Positions 1 to 9,442 are shown, counted from the stretch's first letter. The stretch is 64,000 bases of DNA from an uncultured Methanomassiliicoccales archaeon (GCA_942492955.1 OW818644.1:2436855-2500854); one strand, 5' to 3'. Made by a program: numbers and translations. The notes: a model not told the origin generated them from the letters alone.

Positions 1-1498
1 TGCGATCGTACAGCTTCTGGATGATGTCATGCCTGGTCGACTTGGTGCCGAGCCCGAGCTTTTCCATCTCCTGCAGAAGAGTACCTTGGGAGTAGCGGCG
101 CGGCGGTTGCGTCTCCTTGGTCTCGACGTCGAAACCCTTCGCCTCGACCTCGGTGCCAGGTGCCATTGCCGGCAGCAGGACCTCGGTGACACGCCAGTAG
201 GGATAGTATTTCCTCCATCCTTCGAACAGGATGCGGTATCCTTTGGCATCAAAGGGCTCCCCCTCGACCAGAATCGTCACGTCGATGCCCTCTGAACGGG
301 CCGACGGCGCCACGGTGGCGAAGAAACGACGGACGATGAGCTCGTAGATCTTCCACTTGTCACCCTTGATCTTGTCCGGGGACGCGGCCTCGGTCGGGTA
401 TATCGGAGGGTGGTCGGTGGTCTCTATCTTGCCCCTCGATGGACGGATGGACTCCTGCTTGAGGATCTCCTCCGCCTCGGACTTGAACGGCGACTCCCTG
501 AGCTTCTCAAGGATCGTCTTCAATGATAGCGAACGGGGATAGACGGTGTTGTCCGTCCTCGGATAGGAGATGTAACCGGATGTGTACAGGTCCTCGGCCA
601 GCTTCATCGCCATGGACGGCGAGATGCCCATCTTGTTGGCCTCGGCCATCATCATGGTGGTGTTGAAAGGCGCCGGAGGATACTCGTCCTTCTCCTTCTT
701 CTCGAACTTCTCCACCTTTCCGACCTTGGCGTCCTTAATCTTGGCCAGGGCGGCATTGGCCTCGGCCTCGACCAGGAACGGGTTCTTCTGATGGACACCA
801 CCGAAACCGGTCTCCTTGAAGAAATTGGCGGTGACGTTCCAGTATGGTTCAGGAACGAAGCTGGTGATCTCCCGGTGACGGTCGACGATCAGGGATAGGG
901 TCGGGCTCTGCACCCTTCCCACGGATAGGAAATTGGATCCGACCTGGCCCGAGTTTAGGGATATGAAACGGGTCAGCGCCGCTCCCCATGCCAGGTCTAT
1001 GTATTGTCTTGATTCGGCCGCCTTGGCCAACTTCTCGTCCGGGTCGGTGAGGTTGCCGAAGGCGTTCTCGATCTCGACCTTGGTGAAGGCGGAGAACTTG
1101 GACCTCTTGACCTTGGACATGTCGACGCCCAGCAAGTGGACAGTCTCAAGACCGATGAGCTCTCCCTCACGGTCATAGTCAGTGGCGATGATGATCTGGT
1201 CGGCCACCTTGCCCAGGTCAGTAAGGATGCCGATGATGTTCTTGGCCATGACCCGCTTCTCCGGGACGGCGTAGACCAAAGCCTTGGGGTCGACCGCGTT
1301 CCAGTCGTTGAACTCCGCGGGGTAATCGATCTCGATGATGTGACCTCTCAGACCGACGACCCAATATTCGTCCCCTTCCCTGTTGAACTCGAATACCTGG
1401 ACGCCGCCCATATTCTTCCTCTTGGTCGAAGCGTTGGAAAGAATATATGATATCCTGGCGGCAGCGTTCGACTTCTCAGAGATAACTAGTATCTTCAT
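1..1498 (-). CDS. topA: DNA topoisomerase I (type IA), N-terminal ~499 codons; the C-terminus lies beyond the window start
   Basis: I translated the minus strand from the ATG at 1498 myself: MKILVISEKSNAAARISYIL... It carries the TOPRIM acidic motif IIIATDYDREGELIG, SVGRVQSPTLS, and the active-site Tyr context GYISYPRTDN. It is absent from the ORF track because the frame runs off the window edge. Confidence 0.9.
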   Translation of the reverse strand, partial: MKILVISEKSNAAARISYILSNASTKRKNMGGVQVFEFNREGDEYWVVGLRGHIIEIDYPAEFNDWNAVDPKALVYAVPEKRVMAKNIIGILTDLGKVADQIIIATDYDREGELIGLETVHLLGVDMSKVKRSKFSAFTKVEIENAFGNLTDPDEKLAKAAESRQYIDLAWGAALTRFISLNSGQVGSNFLSVGRVQSPTLSLIVDRHREITSFVPEPYWNVTANFFKETGFGGVHQKNPFLVEAEANAALAKIKDAKVGKVEKFEKKEKDEYPPAPFNTTMMMAEANKMGISPSMAMKLAEDLYTSGYISYPRTDNTVYPRSLSLKTILEKLRESPFKSEAEEILKQESIRPSRGKIETTDHPPIYPTEAASPDKIKGDKWKIYELIVRRFFATVAPSARSEGIDVTILVEGEPFDAKGYRILFEGWRKYYPYWRVTEVLLPAMAPGTEVEAKGFDVETKETQPPRRYSQGTLLQEMEKLGLGTKSTRHDIIQKLYDR

Positions 1499-1520
1499 CC
1501 GAAACGCACAAACAAGGTAT

Positions 1521-1534
1521 CTCTTATAAGAAAG
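1521..1534 (-). promoter_or_regulatory. TATA-like box upstream of topA (CTTTCTTATAAGAG on the minus strand), centred ~29 nt from the ATG; suggests a leaderless or very short-leader mRNA
   Basis: An A/T-rich element sits in an otherwise GC-rich spacer, at the distance expected for an archaeal TATA box. No experimental support. Confidence 0.3.
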
Positions 1535-1644
1535 TATGGTAAGCTGGCTGCGGTTTTTCAGCAGTTTTCTCGTTGCTGGACAACAAATGCCAGCATCCTT
1601 TCTTGGTCATCCGGTTTGATGAACATCGACGACGAAAAGAGTCG

Positions 1645-2100
1645 TCAATGGGCATGCTGACCGTGGACGGCCTCGCTGTGCTTATGCCCCTCCAACGAGC
1701 CGGAGATCATCACCGGTTCCATGTGCAGCACGCCGCGGACGCTGCCTATCTCGTCCGATAGGTGCTTTATCTCCCGCACCGTTCCCGAGACGATCAGCAC
1801 CTCGAGGCACTGGTCCAGGTTGAGGTGGACATGGATGGACGAGGAGATGTTGGTGTGATGGCCATGCTGGATGTCCATCAGTTGCTCTTTTACGCCCCCC
1901 TTGTGATGCTCGTAAATCAAGGTAAGAGTGCCGAAGATCTTGGCCTCGTCATCCTTGACGATGTCCTTGACCAATTCCTCGCGGATGAGATCCCGGATGG
2001 CCTCGGAACGCGTCGTGTACCCTTTCCCCTCGATCAGCTTGTCGAACTTCTCCAGAAGCTCCGGTTCAAGGGACACCCCGATCCTTGTCACATTTTCCAT
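1645..2100 (-). CDS. nikR: Nickel-responsive transcriptional regulator NikR (ribbon-helix-helix plus C-terminal metal-binding domain)
   Basis: Taken from ORF 1645..2286, starting at the internal Met (MENVTRIGVSLEPELLEKFDKLIEGKGYTTRSEAIRDLIRE). This gives an RHH N-terminus, the HHKGGV..HGHH..HVHL His cluster of the NikR C-domain, and a His-rich tail EGHKHSEAVHGQHAH. The upstream 62 codons of the ORF look non-coding. Confidence 0.85.
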   Translation of the reverse strand: MENVTRIGVSLEPELLEKFDKLIEGKGYTTRSEAIRDLIREELVKDIVKDDEAKIFGTLTLIYEHHKGGVKEQLMDIQHGHHTNISSSIHVHLNLDQCLEVLIVSGTVREIKHLSDEIGSVRGVLHMEPVMISGSLEGHKHSEAVHGQHAH

Positions 2101-2191
2101 GTTACTCACTAATCGAATAGTGTTACCCGCAATAATCCTTTCGTGCGTTCTATGACAGACGTGAAATAGGCCCAGTTCCTTTCCACCGGCC

Positions 2192-2965
2192 GTGAACCGG
2201 ATCGACCTATTGCTGGGCACGTTGGACGAGGCGGTGCGTGACAAGATATCCACCAGGAGTACGGGCGTTCTCTTTTCTGGCGGCATCGACAGCAGCGTCG
2301 TGGCCGCCCTGGTGGCGCGTCATTCCGAACCGACCCTTTACACCGTCGGTGTGGAGGGAGCTCACGATCTCACCGTGGCAAAGAGCACCGCCGAGGGTCT
2401 GGGCCTGAATTGGGTCGGCGTGGTCGTCGGTGAAGACAAGATCAGGCAGGCCATAAAAGGCATGATACCGATCTTCGGGACATCACCGCTCACGATCTCG
2501 TTCGAGATGCCTCTCTATCTGATCCTAGGCGTGGCGGAAGAAGACCTGCTTCTCTGCGGCCAGGGTGCTGACGAGCTCTACGCCGGCTATTCCAGATACC
2601 GTTCTATGGACGAGGCGGCGATGAGGTCCGCGATGGCCCATGACGCCGAGGCGCTGATCGGGCACGGCATGGGGGTCGAGAGGAAGGCGGCGGACCTGTT
2701 CGGAAAGACGCTGATCCATCCGTTCCTCGATCCGGAAGTGGTCAGGGTGTCGCTCGACCTGCCCCTGGAAATGCTCATCCGCGGCGACGAGAACAAGGCC
2801 ATCCTGCGGGACGTCGGCAGGGCGCTTGGCCTCGGCCCGATCGCCGATCGGAGGAAAAAGGCGGCGCAGTACGGTTCAGGCATCATGAACGCGATGAAGG
2901 CCATGGCGAAACGCGAAGGTCTGACATTGAGCGAGATGGTGAACCGGCTCGCTGAAGAGCAATGA
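2192..2965 (+). CDS. PP-loop ATP pyrophosphatase of the asparagine-synthase C-terminal-domain family
   Basis: Contains the PP-loop SGGIDSS and, downstream, GQGADELYAGYSRY, typical of the AsnB C-domain family. GTG start. The stop overlaps the folC start. Confidence 0.7.
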   Translation: MNRIDLLLGTLDEAVRDKISTRSTGVLFSGGIDSSVVAALVARHSEPTLYTVGVEGAHDLTVAKSTAEGLGLNWVGVVVGEDKIRQAIKGMIPIFGTSPLTISFEMPLYLILGVAEEDLLLCGQGADELYAGYSRYRSMDEAAMRSAMAHDAEALIGHGMGVERKAADLFGKTLIHPFLDPEVVRVSLDLPLEMLIRGDENKAILRDVGRALGLGPIADRRKKAAQYGSGIMNAMKAMAKREGLTLSEMVNRLAEEQ

Positions 2966-4284
2966 TTATACCGTTCGTCGATGTAACCGGAAGCATGGAG
3001 TACCAAGAGACCTTGGACTGGCTCTTCGGCCTGGAGAACATGGGCATAAAGCTTGGTCTAGGCAGGGTAAGGGAGCTCCTATCCGATCTGGGGGATCCGC
3101 AGGACAGGTTCCGTTCAGTGCATGTTGCCGGGACCAACGGAAAAGGCTCGGTCAGCGCGATGACGGCGTCGATACTGCGGGCATCTGGCCTGCGTACCGG
3201 ACTGTACACGTCCCCGCACATGATGGACTTCAGGGAACGCATCACGATCGACGGTGTGATGATCTCCGAGGCGGAGGTCGTCGACCTGGCGCGCGAGGTC
3301 CGTGATGTGGGGGATCGTTCCGTCGATGCGGACAGCAGGCCGCTGACGTTCTTCGAGGTGACCACCGCGATGGCCTTCCTCTATTTCGCCAGAAATGGTG
3401 TGGAGATCGCGGTCATAGAGGTCGGGATGGGCGGCCGATTGGACGCGACGAACGTAATCGCCCCGGAGGTATGCGTGATCACCCGCATCAGCAAGGAGCA
3501 CGTCCAGTATCTGGGCGACACCATCTCCAAGATCGCCTTCGAGAAGGCCGGGATCATCAAGCCGGGTGTAGCGGTGATAACTGCCGAGGACGACCCCGTG
3601 ACGCTCAAGGTCCTGGATTCCGTCGCCAGGAACAAAGGGGTATACCTTTCAAGATCGGGGATCGATTTCCAATACCAAGTGATGGGAAGTGACCTTTCCG
3701 GCATCGCCGTCCATCTGTCATCGATCGGCCGGACGGTCCAGCTGCCGCTGCTCGGTGAATATCAGGCCTCGAACGCCGCCATGGCATGCGAGGCTGCGCT
3801 GGAGCTGAGGAAGAGAGGCTTGAGGATAACCGAGGAATCGATCGCCGAAGGGCTGTCGAAGGTTGTTTGGCCCGGTCGTCTCGAGGTTCTTCAGAGGAAC
3901 CCGCTGGTGATCTTCGACGTCAGCCATACTCCAGAAGGGGCAAGGGTGGCGGTCGAGGAGCTGTTGAAGATAAGGCAGGGACATACCACGGTCGTGCTCG
4001 GGGTGCTGAGCGACAAGGACCTGGAAGGCATCGTCAAGGAGTTCGCCAAGGTGTCCGACTCGGTCATAGCGACCATGCCGAAGACAAAAAGGGCCTTTCC
4101 CTCACTGCAGGTCGGGGAAATGATGAGGCGCTTCCGCACTGACGTCTTAGTCAATGATGACGTCGGAGAGTCGTTGAGGCTGGCCTTGACGAGATCGGGA
4201 AAAGGCGACACGGTGGTGGTGGGCGGCTCGTTGTATACGGTTGGCGAGGCCAAGCGGTGGTGGGGTTGTCGTGAAAAGGATTAG
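2962..4284 (+). CDS. folC: Folylpolyglutamate synthase / dihydrofolate synthase (Mur-ligase family)
   Basis: Contains the Mur-ligase P-loop HVAGTNGKGS, the TSPHM motif, and the FolC-like length of 440 aa. The ATGA start/stop overlap with the upstream gene (2962-2965) suggests translational coupling. The gene ends in TAG. Confidence 0.85.
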   Translation: MIIPFVDVTGSMEYQETLDWLFGLENMGIKLGLGRVRELLSDLGDPQDRFRSVHVAGTNGKGSVSAMTASILRASGLRTGLYTSPHMMDFRERITIDGVMISEAEVVDLAREVRDVGDRSVDADSRPLTFFEVTTAMAFLYFARNGVEIAVIEVGMGGRLDATNVIAPEVCVITRISKEHVQYLGDTISKIAFEKAGIIKPGVAVITAEDDPVTLKVLDSVARNKGVYLSRSGIDFQYQVMGSDLSGIAVHLSSIGRTVQLPLLGEYQASNAAMACEAALELRKRGLRITEESIAEGLSKVVWPGRLEVLQRNPLVIFDVSHTPEGARVAVEELLKIRQGHTTVVLGVLSDKDLEGIVKEFAKVSDSVIATMPKTKRAFPSLQVGEMMRRFRTDVLVNDDVGESLRLALTRSGKGDTVVVGGSLYTVGEAKRWWGCREKD

Positions 4285-4288
4285 GCCG

Positions 4289-4951
4289 ATGCTTTCGTCC
4301 ATGAGGGAACAGGTGAGGGACGAAGCCTACCCGGGAGCTATGGAGCACATCGATGTGGTGTGGGCCCGGGACCCATTCCACGTACTGATATCCACGGTGC
4401 TGTCCCAACGCACCAGGGACCGGAACACATACAATGCCTCGAAGGCTCTTTTCGCTCGATTCGATTCACCGGCGGAGATCGCCTCGGCAGAACTGGACGT
4501 GCTGATCGAATTGGTGAGGCCAGCCGGTTTCCCGCAGGCCAAGGCGAAGGCGATCAAGGAGATAGGCCGACGATTGCATGAGGATTTTGACGATAAGGTG
4601 CCATCAGACATAGATCTGTTGCTGACCCTCCCGATGGTGGGAAGGAAGACCGCCAACTGCGTCCTTTCCTACGGGTTCGGCATTCCGGCGATCTGCGTCG
4701 ACACGCACGTGCATAGAATATCCAACCGGATCGGGTTCGTCACCACCGATTCCCCCGATGAGACCGAGGCGGAGCTCAGCAAGATCGCCCCGAAGGAGCT
4801 GTGGTGCGACATCAATGCGGTCATGATCCGGTTCGGGCAGAGGATATGCCTTCCACGAGGTCCAAGATGCGAAAAATGCTCGGTCGCTTCAGAATGCGAC
4901 TATTTCCACGCCCTGCCTGAGGACGACCTGCGAAAGAAAAGAGATCGTTGA
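4289..4951 (+). CDS. nth: Endonuclease III (HhH-GPD DNA glycosylase/AP lyase with 4Fe-4S loop)
   Basis: Contains the HhH motif LPMVGRKTANCVL and the Fe-S loop C-x6-C-x2-C-x5-C (CLPRGPRCEKCSVASEC). The ORF-track start at 4241 is a TTG inside folC. The ATG at 4289, 5 nt after the folC stop, gives a typical Nth N-terminus. Confidence 0.85.
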   Translation: MLSSMREQVRDEAYPGAMEHIDVVWARDPFHVLISTVLSQRTRDRNTYNASKALFARFDSPAEIASAELDVLIELVRPAGFPQAKAKAIKEIGRRLHEDFDDKVPSDIDLLLTLPMVGRKTANCVLSYGFGIPAICVDTHVHRISNRIGFVTTDSPDETEAELSKIAPKELWCDINAVMIRFGQRICLPRGPRCEKCSVASECDYFHALPEDDLRKKRDR

Positions 4952-4956
4952 ACGGC

Positions 4957-5244
4957 TCACAGACCGAGGGTCTCGTCGATCTTCTTCGACATCTCTTTCT
5001 GGAGCTGGATCTCCGCTTCCCATTGGTCCATCGTCTCCAGGGTCTCCTTGAGCTGCCTTAGACAGTCGATGCACACCCACTTCTTGCCGATGAGCCTCAT
5101 GGGCTGCTTCTTGTAACCGACCGTGGCACAGAGGATACAGACGTGCATGTCCTTGGTGCAGTGCTCGACGTAAGCCTCCATCTTCTTCCCCTCGATGATG
5201 GATTCGAGCATGATCTCCCCGCGCGTCCTCTCCTCTTCTGGCAT
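4957..5244 (-). CDS. Small Cys4 zinc-ribbon-like protein with C-terminal coiled-coil; function unknown
   Basis: 95 aa with CILC...x18...CIDC, followed by a charged helical tail (LKETLETMDQWEAEIQLQKEMSKKIDE). No family recognised. Confidence 0.5.
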   Translation of the reverse strand: MPEEERTRGEIMLESIIEGKKMEAYVEHCTKDMHVCILCATVGYKKQPMRLIGKKWVCIDCLRQLKETLETMDQWEAEIQLQKEMSKKIDETLGL

Positions 5245-5492
5245 TACGCCTTTCGTATTAGCCTGGAAATATTAAAGCGTTGTTCAGAAACTCACGTTCT
5301 CAGAATTCATGCCAGTTCCCTTTTCGAGGTCGAAAGCAGAAAGAACTAGATCGACGACATTTCTTTGCATTTTTTCCTTGACCGGAGAACGATTTGGATC
5401 GACCGGTCTCGGCCTGTTCTGTGAAGTCATTGTTCTGCGAAATGAGGTGCGGTTTCCCTTTCCATCGTAACCTGACTCCCTTCGCCAGTAAC

Positions 5493-5502
5493 TAAATAAA
5501 TA
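5493..5502 (+). promoter_or_regulatory. TATA-like box (TAAATAAATA) ~28 nt upstream of the hypA ATG
   Basis: This is the only A/T-rich block close to the hypA start, and the spacing fits a leaderless archaeal transcript. Inference only. Confidence 0.3.
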
Positions 5503-5525
5503 GGACCTGCCCGTTTGCGTTTTCA

Positions 5526-5900
5526 ATGCACGAAGTATCGGTCATGTCCGGCATCATCGATGCGGTGATGGCGGAGCTGGCGAAGCACGACGTGGAAAAG
5601 GTCGAGGAGGTCAACCTCGTCGTGGGGGAGCTGACATATCTGGGAAAAGAGCAGCTCACTTTCGCCTACGAGATCATGACCAGGGACACCGTCCTGGAAG
5701 GTTCGACGCTGGTGTTCGAGGACGAGAAGACCGAGATCTCGTGCCCAACATGCGGGTTTGAAGGGCCGGCCGATTATTATGTAGATGAGGCGTTCCATAA
5801 CAATATCCCCAAGCTCTCATGCCCAAAGTGCGGTTCCGGGGTCAAGGTGACCAAGGGCAAGAGCTGCCGGATCTCAAATATCAAGGTGGTGGAGAGATAA
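5526..5900 (+). CDS. hypA: Hydrogenase nickel-incorporation protein HypA
   Basis: Has the MHE N-terminus (Ni site) and a zinc site CPTCG...CPKCG, with an archaeal-type insertion between the CxxC pairs. The stop overlaps the hypD start (TAATG at 5898-5902). Confidence 0.9.
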   Translation: MHEVSVMSGIIDAVMAELAKHDVEKVEEVNLVVGELTYLGKEQLTFAYEIMTRDTVLEGSTLVFEDEKTEISCPTCGFEGPADYYVDEAFHNNIPKLSCPKCGSGVKVTKGKSCRISNIKVVER

Positions 5901-6970
5901 TGTTCCGATTCAGGGAAGAGGCTACGGCCAACAAGATTATCGAGAATCTGAGCAAGTACGACCTGGACCTCCAGTTCATGCATGTCTGCGGCACGCACCA
6001 GGATACGCTGGTGAAGTTCGGCTTGGAGGAGATGTTGAAGAACGTCGGCGTGCGCATCCGGCAGGGGCCGGGATGCCCGGTCTGCGTCACCACCACAAAG
6101 GAGGTCGTCGAGGCCATCACACTGGCCAAGAACGGCGTTACCATCGCGGTATTCGGGGATATGCTCACCGTACCGACGCCGATCGGGTCCCTGGCGGACG
6201 CCAAGGCAGAGGGAGCGGACGTGCGCGTCGTCTATTCGGTGGAGGATGCCCTGCGCATCGCCCCCGAGGTGAAGCAGGTGGTGTTCATGGCCATCGGGTT
6301 CGAGACCACCAGTCCCACGACGGCGTCGGTCGTATTGAACGGCGTGCCAAAGAACCTCTCTTTCCTGAGCTGCCATAGGATACTGCCGCCAGCGCTGGAC
6401 GCGCTGTTCAAGATGGGAGAGGTCCGCATCGATGGGCTGATCCAGCCTGGACATGTGGCGACGATCATCGGTACGAAGCCGTTCGAGCGGTACGCCAGGG
6501 AGATGCACGTGCCACAGGTGGTCGCCGGGTTCGAGCCTCTGGATATCTTGGTCACCGTCTTCATGATGGTCACCCAGATCCGAGAGGGCCGGGCCGAGGT
6601 GGAGAACGAATATTCTCGCGTTGTCAGGCCGGAAGGCAACCCCATCGCCATCAAGATGCTGGAGGACGTGTTCGTCCCGGTGGACAGGAACTGGCGTGGC
6701 TTCCCGGTGCTTCCGAAGAGCGCTTATGAGCTCCGCCCTGAGTTCGATGAACAGAACGCCCGGATCGTGCATGAGAAGATACTCGCTGAGGCGCCGGTGG
6801 TCAAGGAGGAAATGGGCAACTGCCGCTGCGCCGAGATGCTTCGGGGGCTGATCGAATCGAAGGAGTGCCCCGCCTTCGGCAGGGCATGCAGTCCAAAGCA
6901 CCCGATGGGTCCGTGCATGGTCTCCCGGGAAGGGGGCTGCAATATCGCCTACCGCTATCGGCAGGACTGA
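5900..6970 (+). CDS. hypD: [NiFe]-hydrogenase maturation protein HypD
   Basis: Motifs seen: CGTHQD, GPGCPVCV, GFETTSP, QPGHVA, and a C-terminal Cys cluster. I used the internal Met (MFRFREEA) of ORF 5819..6970, which is coupled to the hypA stop. Confidence 0.9.
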   Translation: MFRFREEATANKIIENLSKYDLDLQFMHVCGTHQDTLVKFGLEEMLKNVGVRIRQGPGCPVCVTTTKEVVEAITLAKNGVTIAVFGDMLTVPTPIGSLADAKAEGADVRVVYSVEDALRIAPEVKQVVFMAIGFETTSPTTASVVLNGVPKNLSFLSCHRILPPALDALFKMGEVRIDGLIQPGHVATIIGTKPFERYAREMHVPQVVAGFEPLDILVTVFMMVTQIREGRAEVENEYSRVVRPEGNPIAIKMLEDVFVPVDRNWRGFPVLPKSAYELRPEFDEQNARIVHEKILAEAPVVKEEMGNCRCAEMLRGLIESKECPAFGRACSPKHPMGPCMVSREGGCNIAYRYRQD

Positions 6971-7162
6971 GCTTCGTCAACTGCGGTCGTCGATCGGGCA
7001 TGCCGGAGCCGGCCCCTTCTCATTCCAAAGACCCTGAACATAATTCTGGTGATCAAGACGGTCTTTTCAGATACCTGAGCTACTAAGGAATTGAATCAAA
7101 AAAGGTATATCATCCCTGCCGGATACGAGACCGCTTTTATATTTAAACGCGGAGGGGTGCGA

Positions 7163-8296
7163 ATGGAGAACGAATCAAAACCTGGCGAGGCTGCGTCGGC
7201 GAAACCGATGAACGGGGCGTCCGAAGCGGAACTGAACGGCAAGGGGAAGGCGAAGGTGATATGCGTCTCCATTCCTCAGGGAAGCAACCGGCCGGTGAAA
7301 TCGTCCAGTCAAATGCCTGGGGACTTCATTCCGACGGTCTACGCCTCGACCCTATCTTGGCTCAACTGCGGGGTCGACGACCTGGAGAAGGACGGGACGG
7401 CGGTGGCCACCATGTATGGTTTCAGCGAATCGCTGGTCCCGACGCTTCTGAAAGGTTACTATGCAGCTTATGAGGACCGCGAGGTCGAGCTGGGGATCAT
7501 GGTGCCTGCGGTCCGCGTCCGCGGACTGGAGCTCAAGATATTTCCACTTCTCATCTTGGTCAAGAAGAATCTCATCCTCACCATCCACGACAGCGATGTG
7601 CAGAGGCTGGTCCAGTTCTCCCGGTATGCGGACATCTACCTGAAAAAGCTTCCCGACGTCATGCCGGCGGAGGATAAGCTCACCATGACGTTGTTCCGTA
7701 TCCTGGACGAGAACAACACCCGTAACTTCGAACAGCTCCGGGAGATAGAGGAGCAGGCGGACGAGATGAGCCAGGTCCTGGTCGACCCGAGCTCGCCCCG
7801 CACTCAGGTGGGGAAGCAGATCTATGGCATGAAGCACTCGCTGATCACTTACCTGAACACCCTCTGGCGCACGCTGGATGTGGTGAACTCGTTGCGGTAT
7901 GGGGACGCCGACACCATCACCGACAATCAGAAGGTGCTGAGCAAGATCGGTCTGCTGGCAGAAGACCTGAACCGTCAGATCTCACTGTCGGAGCACATGT
8001 CTGAGGTCCTGGCCTCCGGGCTGGAGGTGCTCCAGTCACTGTACAACAACCAGTTGCAGATCCTGAACAACCGGATGTCGCTCACGATGACCTGGCTGAC
8101 GATCCTGGGCACCGCGGTCCTGGTCCCGAACACGTTGGCCACGATATTCGGATACGCCCTTGGAGTGGACGTGCAAACGCTGGTATGGACACTGGGCGTT
8201 ATCACCATATCGACGGTGAATTCTACGCTCCTGGCATACTGGTGGGTGAAGAAGAGGGTCAACTTACCAAAGAAAGCAGACGAGTACGTCGAGTGA
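7163..8296 (+). CDS. CorA-superfamily-like membrane protein, paralog 1 (2 C-terminal TMs; canonical GMN/GxN motif absent)
   Basis: The C-terminus YNNQLQILNNRMSLTMTWLTILGTAVLVPNTLATIFGYALGVD aligns to the CorA stalk/TM1 consensus (N..M..LT....I..P.T.I.G.YGMN), but FGYAL sits where YGMN is expected. GGAGG at 7151-7155 precedes the ATG at 7163; the ORF-track TTG at 7091 is less likely. Confidence 0.65.
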   Translation: MENESKPGEAASAKPMNGASEAELNGKGKAKVICVSIPQGSNRPVKSSSQMPGDFIPTVYASTLSWLNCGVDDLEKDGTAVATMYGFSESLVPTLLKGYYAAYEDREVELGIMVPAVRVRGLELKIFPLLILVKKNLILTIHDSDVQRLVQFSRYADIYLKKLPDVMPAEDKLTMTLFRILDENNTRNFEQLREIEEQADEMSQVLVDPSSPRTQVGKQIYGMKHSLITYLNTLWRTLDVVNSLRYGDADTITDNQKVLSKIGLLAEDLNRQISLSEHMSEVLASGLEVLQSLYNNQLQILNNRMSLTMTWLTILGTAVLVPNTLATIFGYALGVDVQTLVWTLGVITISTVNSTLLAYWWVKKRVNLPKKADEYVE

Positions 8297-8314
8297 AATC
8301 GGACAAATGGAGCT

Positions 8315-9442
8315 ATGCGAATGGATGTGAACGAGATTCGGGAGTCGGTCCCCATCGGGGACGTCTGCAGGGTCTATGGCGGTCGCGCGACCCCAGGCGT
8401 TTCCACCACCGTTCTGGTCAGCATAGAGCGGTCGGGCGACATTTCCAAGCATTATGATATGGTCATATCCAAGGCGATCGAGATGGCCACCTCCGGCATC
8501 TTTTCCTGGGTGGACCATACCGCATCGGACATCGAGGACGCCGCGGAGATCGCGATGAGCTTCGGCTTCTCCAAGGCGATCATGGACTCTTTAAGGACCG
8601 ACAAGCTCTCCGAGTATGTGGACCTGGAGACGGAGCTCGGCCTGAGGATACCGTCCGTCAGGGTGGAACGGCCCGAACCAGAGATCGAACCGACCTATTT
8701 CCTCGTCCGGGACAACCTTATCCTGACCATCCATGGGGTCGCCGCGTCCCATCTGATGCAGTTCTCGCGTTACGCAGATACATACCTTAGGAAGATGCAT
8801 ACACCGATCACCTTGTCCGAGCGGAGGACCATTTTCCTGATCCGGCTCCTGGACGAGAATTGTAACGATCACTTCGATCAGCTTCGTTTCATCGAGGACC
8901 ACGCCGATGCCGTCGGATACGAGCTCTCGCAGATGAGCGTTCGCGTCAAGGACGTGGGAAGCCGGATCTTCCAGGTCAAACACACCACGATAGTGTACCT
9001 GAGCACGCTCTGGCATCTGCTGGATGTAATGAACTCGCTACGCTTCGGGGACGCCGAGCTCATCGATGACAACCAGAAGATCCTGGGGAGGCTGAACCTG
9101 ATGAGCGAGAACGTGGCCCGGCAGGTGGAATTATCGGAGAACATGTCTGAAGTGCTGGTCTCCGGTATGGATGTGTTACAGGCTCTTTATAATAACCAGT
9201 TGCTCCTGATCAATAACCGCATGGTACTGGCCCTCACCTGGATGGTTGTTCTGGGAACAGCATTGCTGGTGCCTAACACGCTTGCTACCATTTTCAGCTA
9301 TGTGATCGGGTTGGATTTCAACCTCATGGTCTGGTCTTTATCGGTCATCGTTTTGGCCACCACGACAATGACGGCTATGGTCTACTGGTGGACAAAAAGC
9401 GGGTCCGTGGTGCCCCATTCGCCGGATGAATATCTGGCATAG
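8315..9442 (+). CDS. CorA-superfamily-like membrane protein, paralog 2 (GMN/GxN motif absent)
   Basis: By eye it is about half identical to paralog 1 over the C-terminal 250 aa (RYADTYLRK..LDEN..LYNNQLLLINNRMVLALTWMVVLGTALLVPNTLATIFSYVIGLD). It starts 18 nt downstream of paralog 1, and GGAG lies upstream of the ATG. Confidence 0.65.
   Translation: MRMDVNEIRESVPIGDVCRVYGGRATPGVSTTVLVSIERSGDISKHYDMVISKAIEMATSGIFSWVDHTASDIEDAAEIAMSFGFSKAIMDSLRTDKLSEYVDLETELGLRIPSVRVERPEPEIEPTYFLVRDNLILTIHGVAASHLMQFSRYADTYLRKMHTPITLSERRTIFLIRLLDENCNDHFDQLRFIEDHADAVGYELSQMSVRVKDVGSRIFQVKHTTIVYLSTLWHLLDVMNSLRFGDAELIDDNQKILGRLNLMSENVARQVELSENMSEVLVSGMDVLQALYNNQLLLINNRMVLALTWMVVLGTALLVPNTLATIFSYVIGLDFNLMVWSLSVIVLATTTMTAMVYWWTKSGSVVPHSPDEYLA

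Noticed and set aside
2107-2122. Inverted repeat CACTA-N6-TAGTG just upstream of the nikR start, as a candidate NikR operator
   Set aside because: The arms are only 5 bp. There is no second copy upstream of hypA or the CorA-like genes that I could find, and no resemblance to known NikR operators. It is too weak to call.
4282-4284. Possible UAG recoding (pyrrolysine), given the suspected lineage
   Set aside because: TAG terminates folC (4282-4284), the second CorA-like gene (9440-9442) and the ferritin-like gene (10611-10613) at positions that give normal-length proteins. I saw no recognisable gene interrupted by an in-frame TAG and no pyl or methylamine methyltransferase genes in the window.
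5284-5526. 80-aa minus-strand ORF filling the spacer upstream of hypA
   Set aside because: The translation is highly basic and low-complexity, and it would overlap the hypA promoter region. There is no motif, so I treat it as non-coding promoter DNA. The small palindrome TTTCGAGGTCGAAA at ~5321-5334 is too short to interpret.
5777-6901. 374-aa minus-strand ORF antisense to hypD
   Set aside because: hypD on the + strand has unmistakable family motifs. The antisense translation is low-complexity (R/L/H/D-rich) with no recognisable domain.
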